Positions 21,929-31,854 of a stretch of 64,000 bases of DNA are shown here, piece after piece. The notes below the pieces were generated by a model, which did not search any database, was not told the origin of the DNA, and saw only the letters and a list, made by a program, of their open reading frames with translations. Position 1 is the first letter of the stretch. Each line of letters starts with the position of its first letter. A program made the position numbers and the translations under genes. Source of the DNA: Candidatus Poribacteria bacterium (GTDB taxonomy: Bacteria > Poribacteria > WGA-4E > PCPOR2b); the NCBI GenBank assembly GCA_965208325.1, contig OZ242326.1:992001-1056000 (forward strand), in the 5' to 3' direction.

Positions 21929-22645
21929 CTAGTAAAGAAAGGATTCTGGCTGATAGCCGGATGGCTCGAGCACCACAATGACTGCCCTGCCGTCTGCGGA
22001 TTTCGGAATCGGAAATGTTACGGTGTGATGCCGGACATAAAATATCGGGTTACGTTGATGGCGCCTAATAAACTCGCTAGCCGAAACCATGTTCCCCTTG
22101 ACCGGCGGCAGGTAGTAGTGCATGGGGAAAATCCACTTCGGTTTCAGAATATCAAGCATCGGCTCAAGTTCGTGGAGTTTAAGCGTGAGCCGTTCGCCTA
22201 CGATGGCAAGCAGTACATCACACCGGCCGATGAAGGGGGCAAGCTGATCCGCATCAAGCTCGTAACCGAGGTCGCCCATATGCAAGAACCAATTCCCGCC
22301 GGCTTTGAAGGCGTACAAGGCATTATCGTCTGCGCCCTCCGGATGATCCTCCGCTTCGGCGGCTTTGACCGTGATGAGAGGCTCGCCGTTGATTACTGCG
22401 TTGTCTCGGCCTTCAGCTACAGCCAGCGCATCAATTACGCGCGGGTTTCCCTCAACGAGCTCAACGTAGGAGTGCCCCCTATCCGTGAGCGAACTCGCAA
22501 TAATTGTGTCCGCCTTAAGCCGGAAATCGTCATCGCCGGGCAGCCCGAGCGCGGAGGGCGTGTAGGGATCCATGGCAATAGCGGGTTTGCCGTCCTGCCA
22601 GAGCCGAAAGCAGGCAAGCCCTACCCATTCAAGCGAAACGGACAT
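21929..22645 (-). CDS. MBL-fold metallo-hydrolase (Lactamase_B_3-like), variant metal motif
   Basis: AAGGAG RBS; WVGLACFRL, MDPY, HMGDLG and PMHY motifs. Confidence 0.85.
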   Translation of the reverse strand: MSVSLEWVGLACFRLWQDGKPAIAMDPYTPSALGLPGDDDFRLKADTIIASSLTDRGHSYVELVEGNPRVIDALAVAEGRDNAVINGEPLITVKAAEAEDHPEGADDNALYAFKAGGNWFLHMGDLGYELDADQLAPFIGRCDVLLAIVGERLTLKLHELEPMLDILKPKWIFPMHYYLPPVKGNMVSASEFIRRHQRNPIFYVRHHTVTFPIPKSADGRAVIVVLEPSGYQPESFLY

Positions 22646-22659
22646 CAACCACGCTCCTT

Positions 22660-23661
22660 TTATTCCTCTCCGAGCCCGCCCGCCCGTTCCATGCCAGCAA
22701 TCTCCCACCACTTCGCGCCGGGCGACTTCTCGAGTACGATTGGCTTGAGAAAATCCACCGATTTCCGCAACCCTTCATCAAGGTCGAAATATTCGGATTC
22801 CATCTCGACCGAAAGCACGTGGTCATAACCGATGAAGCGGAGGGTTGTGGCAAATTCGCGCCATTCTAGCTCGGAGTGCCCCCATCCAACCAGAGTGTAT
22901 GTCCAGGAACGATCCGCCGGTTGTTCAGGGGTGCTAGAGTCTGTGTTTCCCCGCAGCCGCGCGTTGTGCGGGTGGAAGGTAACGTCTTTTACGTGGACGT
23001 GCTGAACGAGTGGACCGAGAAAGCGCGCGGCTTCGATTGGGTCAATGCCCTGATACCACAAATGCGAAATATCAAAGTTGCAAGCAACAACATCACCGAT
23101 TTCATCGTGCAACCGCTTCACGGCGACAGGGTTGTGGATCATATCGCCGCCATGCATCTCAAAACACAGCGTGACGCCGTGATCGGCAGCAATCTTCCCG
23201 TGTTCACGCCAGTAAGGGAGCAACCGCTTTTCCCACTGCCATTCAAGGGTGTCTCGCAGGAAGGGCCACTCGGCGAAGGTCACCCAATTTGGGGCGGTAT
23301 CGCCTTCGGCGCCTTCAGGCAGCCCTGCCAACAGCGTCATCCGCCTAATTCCGGCTGCCTCCATAAATTTCCAAGACTCGCGAAGTTCCTGCGAATACTT
23401 ATCGGCGACCGCCTTATTCGGCATGAGCGGCGCACCGTGCGCTCCCATAGCGCTGATTTCGAGTCCATACCGAGCATAGGTGTCATGCCAGCGATCAATT
23501 TCACCTTTGTCTGCGAGGAGTTTCTGCGGATCACAGTATTTCCTCGCCCAAAGCCCCGCGATTCCAACCTCTATCGCCTGAAACCCTAGGTCTTGCGCAT
23601 ACCGCAGACCATCCTCAAAATCTAAATGCATCAAGTTCTGTGAAATCACTCCGAGTTTCAT
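22660..23661 (-). CDS. sugar phosphate isomerase/epimerase (xylose-isomerase-like TIM barrel)
   Basis: CFEMH, NFDISHLWYQGIDP, HVHVKD and LSVEME motifs. Confidence 0.92.
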   Translation of the reverse strand: MKLGVISQNLMHLDFEDGLRYAQDLGFQAIEVGIAGLWARKYCDPQKLLADKGEIDRWHDTYARYGLEISAMGAHGAPLMPNKAVADKYSQELRESWKFMEAAGIRRMTLLAGLPEGAEGDTAPNWVTFAEWPFLRDTLEWQWEKRLLPYWREHGKIAADHGVTLCFEMHGGDMIHNPVAVKRLHDEIGDVVACNFDISHLWYQGIDPIEAARFLGPLVQHVHVKDVTFHPHNARLRGNTDSSTPEQPADRSWTYTLVGWGHSELEWREFATTLRFIGYDHVLSVEMESEYFDLDEGLRKSVDFLKPIVLEKSPGAKWWEIAGMERAGGLGEE

Positions 23662-24212
23662 GTAAATCTCCTTCGTTTCTTACCTCAGTATCATAGGAAC
23701 TGCGCACAATCCAATCTATTTTTACTGCATCGATTTGGCAGTTTTCAATCGTGTCCTCAATCTGCAAGCTATGTCCTCGGGGACACTTACTTATTTCGGA
23801 AAAATTTTGATTAATTTTCGCTGCTCCGATTGCTTCTGAAACGAGCCAAACACTAGCTTCGCGGTATGTCTTGAGCTTGTCTAAATAAGTCGGGAACCAT
23901 GGGTCCAAAAGTGACCTTTTGTGTCCTATAATCGGAGTTTAAAATTTCCTGGTTTCACTTCGTGGCAGGTTTGAAGACTTCATGTGATTTTGAATAGTTA
24001 ATGGCGGCTCGTGATTGTAATGCGCGGCACCGGCTGCACTGCTTGTAGTGTAACAGATCGATTGCAGACTGTCAACCGTTCATTTCCACCGCGTTACTAA
24101 ATCGGGTTGGGTAAAGCGGAATTGGGGAAACGCAAGCAATGGAATACAATCTAGCACCCGTAGGAGGGAATTCCAATTCCCGAAATGTCGCTAAGCGATC
24201 TTGAAAAAGTAT

Positions 24213-24450
24213 TTGTAGGTTGGGTAGAGCGGCTAATACCAAAACCGTTCTGATTGCATCAAACGTTCAGGACGCAAAGCACCCCGCATTGAAAATTATG
24301 TGCAGCGAAACCCAACGCTTTTCTGCCGTCTATAGATTTCAAAAGCGTTGGGTTTCGCTTCGCGCTGCCAATGCTTGAACGCAGTCAACACATCAAACTT
24401 ATGCATCATAATCCACATGTTTCAACATTCCCGCTCTACCCAACCTACAA
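24213..24450. repeat. REP/REPIN-like element, copy A
   Basis: Perfect 20-bp TIR TTGTAGGTTGGGTAGAGCGG plus a 19-bp inner inverted repeat (24304-24322/24341-24359). Confidence 0.9.
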
Positions 24451-24770
24451 GAGCTGCGCCTTCGCTATTCGGTCAGTTGATCACTCCCTATTCAGTCGCT
24501 TGATCTTTCACTATTCGCTGGGTTAATCGCTTGTCAGGCGGCCTGAATGGCATTCGCCGTGGTGTCCGTTATTGGCGTGAATTTCCTCCCAGATTTCTGC
24601 AAACTGAACATGGTCAACTTGTGCATTGCAAGAAAACGACTCTCATGCATTGCAAAACGGCACAAACTCTGATAAAATAGCTCTGATAAAATAGGTACAT
24701 GACGATACGGAATTTGAACCGGTATTGAATTTAAAGTCATGTTTTCAACACCGAAGGAGTGTGCCATACT

Positions 24771-25016
24771 ATGAAAGTGGTGGAGTATATTGCAGAAATA
24801 CTGCCCAACGGTTCTCTGGCATTGCCCGACGACATCCGCAAGGAATTGGGATCTCAAAAGCACGTCAAGGTCAGGTTGACTGTGAAAACCCCTTCAACAC
24901 CTAATCTTCAGAAGGGTTGGCAAATTTTCAGAAACCTTGGAAAAGATGCTGTTGATGGGAAACTATCCAACACTTCCAAAAAGCATGATGAATACCTTTA
25001 CGGCGTTCGGAAATGA
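24771..25016 (+). CDS. putative type II antitoxin
   Basis: AAGGAG RBS; NGSLALPDDIRKEL and C-terminal HDEYLYG; ATGA overlap with a PIN-like start. Confidence 0.6.
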   Translation: MKVVEYIAEILPNGSLALPDDIRKELGSQKHVKVRLTVKTPSTPNLQKGWQIFRNLGKDAVDGKLSNTSKKHDEYLYGVRK

Positions 25017-25123
25017 GAGAAATCTTTGGAGATACCAGCTTTTTCCTACCCTTATCCTACCCGATACTACCCCAGCCCAAACGTCGCACTTTGCCGACGT
25101 GCAGTGTTTGTAGGTTGGGTTGA
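25013..25123 (+). pseudogene. truncated VapC/PIN toxin remnant
   Basis: MREIFGDTSFF resembles PIN beta-1 (hhhDTS); the frame then runs into repeat DNA and stops after 36 codons. Confidence 0.55.
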
Positions 25124-26283
25124 TTTCGCGGCGAGATGCAACCAATACAACCTCCCCTAACCCCTCCTTGGTAAGGACGGAAATAAAAACAAAAATCCTC
25201 CCCCTTATTAAGGGGGAGTTAGAGGGGGTCGTAAATATATCGGCGGGAATCGGAATCGCCTCCTACCAATATTCAACCCCCCGTAGGATCAATCGCCGAG
25301 TCGCGGCACCCTTTGTTCGTTTATTTCCTTCAGCAATACCTGTGTGTTTTTAGGTTGGGTAGAACGCGCATTACCAAATCCGTTCCGATAGCATTAACCA
25401 TTCAGGACGCGAAAAACCAGACATTGCCAATTAGGTGCAGCGAAACCCAACGCTTTTCTGCTGTCTAGAGATTTCAAAAGCGTTGGGTTTCGCTTCGCGC
25501 TGCCAATGCTTGAACGCAATTAACACACCAACGTTATGCCTTATTATCCACATGTTTCAACAATCCCGCTCTACCCAACCTACAAGAGCTACGCCTTCGC
25601 TATTCGGTCAGTTGATCCCTTGTCAGAGTGAGCATGTTAGACATGCGATTTTTCTTGACCTACCCCAATGACAGCCTAACGGTACTTGAAGAAACCGAGT
25701 TTTGGGGAAAAAACTCGGTTTCTGACATTTACACCCCACCCCAAACGTGCCACTTCTGCCGACGCGCAGTTATTTGTAGATTGGGTTGATTTAGCGGCGA
25801 GATCCAACCAATACAACCTCCCCTAACCCCTCCTTGGTAAGGAGGGGAATAAAAACAAAAATCCTCCCCCTTATTAAGGGGGAGTTAGAGGGGGTCGTAG
25901 ATATATCGGCGGGAATCGGAATCGCCTCCTACCAATATTCAACCCCCCGTAGGATCAATCGCCGAGTCGCGGCACCCTTTGTTCGTTTATTTCCTTCAGC
26001 AATACCTGTGTGTTTTTAGTTGGGTAGAGCGGCTAATACCAAAACCGTTCTGATTGCATTAAACGTTCAGGACGCAAAGCACCCCGCATTGCAAATTACG
26101 TGCAGTGAAACCCAACGCTTTTCTGCTGTCTAGAGATTTCAAAAGCGTTGGGTTTCGCTACCTACTACTAATTCTTGCACGCTATCAACACACCAACCTT
26201 ATTCCTCACAATCCACATGTTTCACCAATCCCGCTCTACCCAACCTACAAGAGCTACGCCTTCGCTATTCCGTCAGTTGATCC
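25076..26283. repeat. imperfect tandem duplication (period about 660 bp) of a composite repeat block
   Basis: About 25076-25620 aligns with about 25740-26283; each unit holds a CCCCT-hairpin element and a REPIN-like copy (B 25351-25585, C 26017-26250). Confidence 0.9.
25690..25723. repeat. GAAACCGAGTTTT hairpin repeat
   Basis: Palindrome whose reverse complement recurs at 56421-56453. Confidence 0.75.
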
Positions 26284-26612
26284 TCCTTGGTAGGATCGGG
26301 AATGAATATGGAATGGAGCGAAAAAGATTAATCGGGGTGTGAGTGGGCCGTGGGACTGGAATAAAAAATTATCGCGCTTCCTATTCCGTCGCTGGAAATT
26401 TCGCTTTTCACGCAATTGATTGCTCAATCCATCTGACAAAAACTACACACATGTCGCCCCTCTGGGGCTATTTCAAGCATTATCTTCGCCTACTATACAC
26501 CTGTCGCGCCGCTGGCGCTTATGGCGGCGAACGAATAGTTAGCCGAGATTGAAAGCACGCAAACCTTCAATTTTTGCTTCTCGCTTTTCGTGAATCAGCC
26601 GGTGGGTAGGAA

Positions 26613-27038
26613 TTACTGGCGTGGGGGGCGGCGGAGCGATTTGGGACGTCCGAGGATCTCGGACAGGATTATGCCTTGTCGCACGGTCTGTGACGACAGG
26701 GAAATTCCGGCGATTGTGTCTACTTGCGGCACCCGCGCGCCGGCAGCGCTGTCCACGTCGCTCGGACGGATTTCAGACTCGTCCGGAGCAACCACATCGT
26801 GGGATGGTGTTTCCTGCGGCTTGGGCGGCGGTTCTTCGGACTGCATCACAGGCGGCGCGGGTTGAACTTCTTCCTCCATGGGATCGAGGTTACCCCAAGG
26901 CGGCAGAAAAACGCCATCTTCTTCTTCCTCAAGCGAGAGGTCCGGGTCTGACCGTTGCCGATTTTGCCTTCGCGCCGCACTCACCAGGGCTATCACGATG
27001 AATATGATCACTGGAATAAGTTGGATTAATTCATCCAT
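26613..27038 (-). CDS. membrane-anchored acidic hypothetical protein, last gene of the floA operon
   Basis: N-terminal TM helix, low-complexity middle, C-terminal RQGIILSEILGRPKS as seen downstream of floA; GAGG RBS. Confidence 0.75.
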   Translation of the reverse strand: MDELIQLIPVIIFIVIALVSAARRQNRQRSDPDLSLEEEEDGVFLPPWGNLDPMEEEVQPAPPVMQSEEPPPKPQETPSHDVVAPDESEIRPSDVDSAAGARVPQVDTIAGISLSSQTVRQGIILSEILGRPKSLRRPPRQ

Positions 27039-27054
27039 TGACGATTTCCTCGTT

Positions 27055-27085
27055 TAATGCGTAATGCGTAATGCGTAATGCGTAA
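27055..27085. repeat. heptamer tandem repeat (TAATGCG)x4
   Basis: Directly visible upstream of the RBS of 26613..27038. Confidence 0.85.
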
Positions 27086-27249
27086 GGCTTTGATTAGGTC
27101 GACAAAACTCTACACATCGGCACTTAATCTTAAGGCCATCAAAAAATTGGGCTGAACCGCCCAAAGACTATCGCCTTCAGTGGGGATTTAGCGGGTTCCA
27201 CAATCGTTCGGTTGACTTGGCACGCCAAAATGTCAACACGCCTCGGGCT

Positions 27250-28275
27250 TTACGAAACTCCCAGTGAATGGGATGACCGCGTCGTGTCACGTTCACTGCC
27301 AGGAACGGCGATGGATTGGCGCATCTCCGTATCCGCAATGATGTTTCGGAGATTGTAGTAATCCATAACATTCATCCGGCTAGACGTGAATGCGTCCGCA
27401 ATACCACGAGGCACTTCGGCTTCAGCCTCAATGAGTCCGACTGTCATCTCTTCGACGAGGGCTTTATTTTCTTCCTCTTCCGCCTGCGCTCTGGCACGCC
27501 GCTCTTCGGCTTTAGCCCGAGCAATCTTTAATTCCGCCTGTGCTTGGTCCGTCTGCAATTTCGCCCCGACATTTTCGCCGACATTTATGTCCGCGATGTC
27601 GATGGACAAAATCTCGAAAGCGGTGCCGGCTGATAACCCTTTTTCGAGGACTGTTTCTGAAATTCGTACGGGATTTTCCAAGACCTGCTTATGGCTGGTT
27701 GCCGATCCGATTGTCGTGATGATGCCCTCACCGACCCTGGCAATAATTGTCTCTTCCCCCGCACCGCCAACAAGCCGATCGATATTTGCTCTGACCGTCA
27801 CCCTCGCCTTGACAACGAGTTGAATACCATCACGCGCAACCGCGGTGATGCCAAGCCTATCGTCTCCTTTTGCAGGGATATCAATGATCTCCGGTGTGAC
27901 GCTTACCTGCACGGCTTGCAGCACATCCCGTCCAGCAAGGTCGATAGCGGCTGCCCGCGCAAAGCCAAGGGTGATGTTAGCTTTATCCGCGGCGATGAGT
28001 GCGGCAACCACGCTTGCGACGTTCCCGCCTGCGAGGTAATGTGCTTCGAGATTATCGAGCGAGAGGTTTAGTCCGGCTTTCGTCGCATTTATTTGCGGGT
28101 CAATTATGCCTTTTGGCGGCACGCGACGCAACCGCATAGCGATTAACGAAAAGATTCCAACGCGGACGTTTGCGGCGATGGCAGTAATCCATAATCGGAC
28201 AGGGATGAAGGAAATCAGAAAAATGAAACCAATGACTACAATAACAGCTAGAAGGATAATTGGCAAGGTCAGCAT
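27250..28275 (-). CDS. floA: flotillin-like protein FloA (YqfA family), paralogue 2
   Basis: [46 protein letters not shown] and [14 protein letters not shown] motifs. Confidence 0.95.
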   Translation of the reverse strand: MLTLPIILLAVIVVIGFIFLISFIPVRLWITAIAANVRVGIFSLIAMRLRRVPPKGIIDPQINATKAGLNLSLDNLEAHYLAGGNVASVVAALIAADKANITLGFARAAAIDLAGRDVLQAVQVSVTPEIIDIPAKGDDRLGITAVARDGIQLVVKARVTVRANIDRLVGGAGEETIIARVGEGIITTIGSATSHKQVLENPVRISETVLEKGLSAGTAFEILSIDIADINVGENVGAKLQTDQAQAELKIARAKAEERRARAQAEEEENKALVEEMTVGLIEAEAEVPRGIADAFTSSRMNVMDYYNLRNIIADTEMRQSIAVPGSERDTTRSSHSLGVS

Positions 28276-28295
28276 TTGTAAAGTCTCCTATAAAT

Positions 28296-29198
28296 TTACG
28301 ATGTTAAGTTTCCTTCTCTGAATGCTGCGGCGACAGCGCGAGGGACGGACGCTTCGGCTTCTACGACTCTTGCACGCCTATCTTGGACATTCGCGGTCAT
28401 CTCTTGCTTACGCGCGACCGCCATAGCACGGCGCTCCTCGGCTTTCGCTTGGGCAACAACCAGATCGGCTTCAGCCTGCTCTGCCTGCAGTTCCGCACCA
28501 ATATTTTTTCCAACGTTTACATCGGCGATATCAATAGAAAGAATTTCATATGCGGTGCCCGCGTCTAGCCCGCGGTCGAGTACGGTTTTGGAAATAATAT
28601 CGGGGTTTTCGAGGACATCTTCGTAGGTTTCTGATGCGCCGATTGCGCTGATAATGCCCTCACCGACGCGCGCGAGAATTGTCTCTTCACCCGCGCCGCC
28701 AACGAGGCGGTTAATGTTTGCCCTGACGGTGATCCGAACGGTAGCAATGAGTTCAACTCCGTCGAGAGCAACCGCACTGATCCTAGTAGTTGTGATGACG
28801 CGCGGATTTACACTCACCTGCACAGCATCAAGCACATCGCGCCCGGCTAAATCTATGGCTGCAGCGCGTTGAAAATTAAGGTCGATCTTTGCTTTATCTG
28901 CGGCAATTAATGCATTAACCACTCGCAAAACGTTTCCGCCCGCGAGATAGTGCGCCTCCAAATCAGGGGTAACGACTGTCAATCCTGCTTTTGTCGCGCT
29001 AACCTGACCGTTGACAATTACATTGGGGTTCACGCGGCGCAACCGCATCCCCACCAGATCGCTGACGATGCGAATTCGCACACCCGCCGCCCGCGCGGCG
29101 ATCCAAAGTCCAACAGGCACAAAGTAAAAAAAGATGAATAAAAAAAACAGTATTACTACGGCGATAATTGCGATAGGCAATTGTCCCAATTCTTCCAT
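28296..29198 (-). CDS. floA: flotillin-like protein FloA, paralogue 1 (shorter C-terminus)
   Basis: Same FloA motifs; AGGAG RBS. Confidence 0.93.
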   Translation of the reverse strand: MEELGQLPIAIIAVVILFFLFIFFYFVPVGLWIAARAAGVRIRIVSDLVGMRLRRVNPNVIVNGQVSATKAGLTVVTPDLEAHYLAGGNVLRVVNALIAADKAKIDLNFQRAAAIDLAGRDVLDAVQVSVNPRVITTTRISAVALDGVELIATVRITVRANINRLVGGAGEETILARVGEGIISAIGASETYEDVLENPDIISKTVLDRGLDAGTAYEILSIDIADVNVGKNIGAELQAEQAEADLVVAQAKAEERRAMAVARKQEMTANVQDRRARVVEAEASVPRAVAAAFREGNLTS

Positions 29199-29332
29199 GT
29201 CAAATCTCCTTACAATTAACAACAGCGCTACTTCGTACAGGATTTAACGACTCAAATCCGGAATACTCACGCTGTGTTTGCGGACTTGATAACTCACACG
29301 CAGATTAGATTGCCAAAGCATACTCACATCCA

Positions 29333-29815
29333 TCACAAATTTCGGACGACAACTCGATTGCTCTCAACGACAATTACTTCCACTTCTGCATCGGTTTCAA
29401 TGAATTCCCCGCTGGTTACAACATCTACTCTGTGACCGTCAATTAACGCTGCGCCGGCTGGCCTTAGCGGGGTAATTGCGCGACCGGATTTTCCCACCAA
29501 ATTTACCAGACTTTCAGACGGCGCTTGGAAACCGTCTGCGCTCTTTTCGGCAGCGTCAAGAATAAAGGTCTTGCCGAGTCTGGTGCGAGGGGCAAGCCAC
29601 AGCCCCAAAATGGCAATTGGAATAGTCACGATGACGACGCCGCCAGCGTACATCAATGCAGTTTCCCAGCCAGCGGACAACCACACACTCGCCACACCAA
29701 TGGAAATTAATACAATTCCCGGTATACCTGCGGCGCCAAAACCGGGGAGCAAGATAATTTCAATGAATACCAACAATAGACCTAAACCGATGAGGAAAAT
29801 GGGCAACCAAGACAT
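29333..29815 (-). CDS. short NfeD family protein
   Basis: EIILLPGFG, TM helices and OB-fold LRPAG...VDVVTSGEFI. Confidence 0.9.
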   Translation of the reverse strand: MSWLPIFLIGLGLLLVFIEIILLPGFGAAGIPGIVLISIGVASVWLSAGWETALMYAGGVVIVTIPIAILGLWLAPRTRLGKTFILDAAEKSADGFQAPSESLVNLVGKSGRAITPLRPAGAALIDGHRVDVVTSGEFIETDAEVEVIVVESNRVVVRNL

Positions 29816-29991
29816 GGGAATTATTAGGGCTTAATGTAATGAGTTTAGGGCTTAAGCAATTGAACGCTCAAGGCATTGAATTAAGTACGCTCAATGTTTC
29901 GCCGCTTGCGTACAATACTTTGAATCTTGATGTCAGCATTCAGGCGTGGGTTACGGCATACGGCGCATGCCTACGACTATGATTTCTGATA

Positions 29992-31521
29992 TCAGGTACT
30001 GTCTATTCCTTCAACGAATATTTTGGAACCTTCAACATCAACAATCTTTACGGACGCTTCCGCATCAACAAAATCTCCCACCGTTACAACATCGAGCCGT
30101 TTGTCTCCCAGTCGCACGGTTCCAGACGGACGCAGCGGCGTGAGGGCAGTTGCGGTTTTACCGAGATAGCTCTGAAAATCTTCCCTTGACGCGGAATGAT
30201 ATCCGAGTTCCGAGTCCATGGCTGTTTCCAATACAAAACGGTTCCAAGTACGAGTCTTGGGCAAGACGTAAGCCAGAATTATGGAGAATCCGAATGTCAT
30301 TATAACTGACACAGAAAGCCAGAGGATTGCATCCTCAAACTCGTAAGCATTTTTGAATATATATAAGACGCTGCCGAACATGAAAGCGATGCCTGCGATG
30401 CCTGCGACGCCAAACCCCGGTATGACAAAAATTTCTAACAACAATAATCCAATGCCGAGGACAAATGCGGTTGCAGCCCATTCCGCTTCAATTTGAAGAA
30501 GCATATGACCACCGAAAAACAGACCGATACAAAGCAGTCCAAGTACGCCGGGGACGCCGAACCCAGGCGTCCGAAATTCTACAAATAGCCCAAGTGCTCC
30601 TAAAGAAAGCAGGATTGAACTCGCCCAAGGACTCGTGAGAAAGAAAACAACCCTATCTGCCAGCGTCACGGAGACTTCTTCGATGATGCTTTCTTTGAGT
30701 GATTTAATTACTTTCACGTTTTCGGCACCGAGTTCTGTCTGTTTCTGTAAAATCGTTTCTTGAGTCAACGCCAGGCTGGTTCCGTTTATGTCGACTATCT
30801 TGTACAACGCCAACAGTTCTTTAATGGACTCTGCTTGTGCATCAGCCAAGTCGTACCGCGATGCTTCCTCCGCGGTGAGTGTCAACAGTTCACCGTCATC
30901 ACCGCCAGCCACGATTACTTCCAACTGCTCTCCCGCGGCTTTTCTTTCGTCATACTTGTCAGGTCTAATTGCCTCAATTTCTCCATTTTCCCCGCGGACG
31001 AGATAAAGCCGCTTATCTACCATTGCAGCAGCGACACCTGTATTCCTGCCTTGACGTTCCGCTGTTGATTTAATGGTTCCCCGGATGTACGAAACCGCCT
31101 TCTCACCGAGCGCCTCCCCTTGAATCGTAACCGGTGCAGCGTCGCCGATTGTTCCCCCGGATGTAATTACAATCTGGTCACATGCTAGTGAAATGAGCGC
31201 TCCCGCCGAGATTGCCTGTCGATTCACATACGCGATTGTTGGAATCATAGTTTCCTGAATTGAGCGGACGATTTCAACAGCCGCATCAACACGGCCGCCG
31301 GGGGTGTCAATATCGAAAATAATCGCATCTGCATTGACTTTTTCGCTCTCTCGGATGCCGTTATTGATGTAGACGCTTAAACCCCTGCCAATTTCAGTGC
31401 GTATACTGATGATGTAGACATACGCGTCGTCGTCTAAGGCAATTAGCGCGGAAATTGACAACAAACCTCCCAACATGATGAGAATGTAGGCGGCAATCCG
31501 CATTTTTCGCTTAGTTATCAT
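29992..31521 (-). CDS. nfeD: long NfeD/YqeZ membrane-bound ClpP-class serine protease
   Basis: DTPGG, AISAG (Ser), GEK, TM block PGFG and LRPSG OB fold; AGGTG RBS. Confidence 0.92.
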   Translation of the reverse strand: MITKRKMRIAAYILIMLGGLLSISALIALDDDAYVYIISIRTEIGRGLSVYINNGIRESEKVNADAIIFDIDTPGGRVDAAVEIVRSIQETMIPTIAYVNRQAISAGALISLACDQIVITSGGTIGDAAPVTIQGEALGEKAVSYIRGTIKSTAERQGRNTGVAAAMVDKRLYLVRGENGEIEAIRPDKYDERKAAGEQLEVIVAGGDDGELLTLTAEEASRYDLADAQAESIKELLALYKIVDINGTSLALTQETILQKQTELGAENVKVIKSLKESIIEEVSVTLADRVVFFLTSPWASSILLSLGALGLFVEFRTPGFGVPGVLGLLCIGLFFGGHMLLQIEAEWAATAFVLGIGLLLLEIFVIPGFGVAGIAGIAFMFGSVLYIFKNAYEFEDAILWLSVSVIMTFGFSIILAYVLPKTRTWNRFVLETAMDSELGYHSASREDFQSYLGKTATALTPLRPSGTVRLGDKRLDVVTVGDFVDAEASVKIVDVEGSKIFVEGIDST

Positions 31522-31547
31522 ATCTAGCACCTGCTTTCCCCGATAGT

Positions 31548-31576
31548 ATTATATCTTTGGTGCGTGATGTTGTCAA
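31548..31576 (-). promoter_or_regulatory. consensus sigma70 promoter of the nfeD-floA operon
   Basis: Perfect TTGACA-17bp-TATAAT on the minus strand. Confidence 0.8.
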
Positions 31577-31854
31577 GCGTTTTGAGATGCGAACTTCTCA
31601 GAATTCATACCAATTGCTCCGCATATTCCGACCGGATGACCCGGCTCAAACAGGAAACACCACCGCCTTTAAATTCACGGGAGTTTTTTTGGTTATAGCG
31701 GACGATGTGTGTTATAATTAGCGTGTGCCGTTAGCGCCATTTTTTAAAACAATACCGAATTGCCCAATGTACAGCATGGCAGTACATCTTAAGGGTTATT
31801 CTCCGCACTAAAGGGTTAACGCCCAATGTCTACAATACAGGAGTTGCCGCTGAT

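Noticed and set aside
21911..22828. 305-aa plus-strand ORF and similar long antisense ORFs (e.g. 22876, 37103, 42966, 46498)
   Set aside because: Shadow frames of well-supported opposite-strand genes, with no motifs.
23615..23908. 97-aa minus-strand ORF
   Set aside because: No clear RBS or motif, and it overlaps the isomerase start; unsupported.
24213..26283. CRISPR array or autonomous IS element
   Set aside because: Units are 240-660 bp long with no spacer pattern and no transposase ORF; the short ORFs at 25120, 25435, 25834 and 26105 are translations of repeat DNA.
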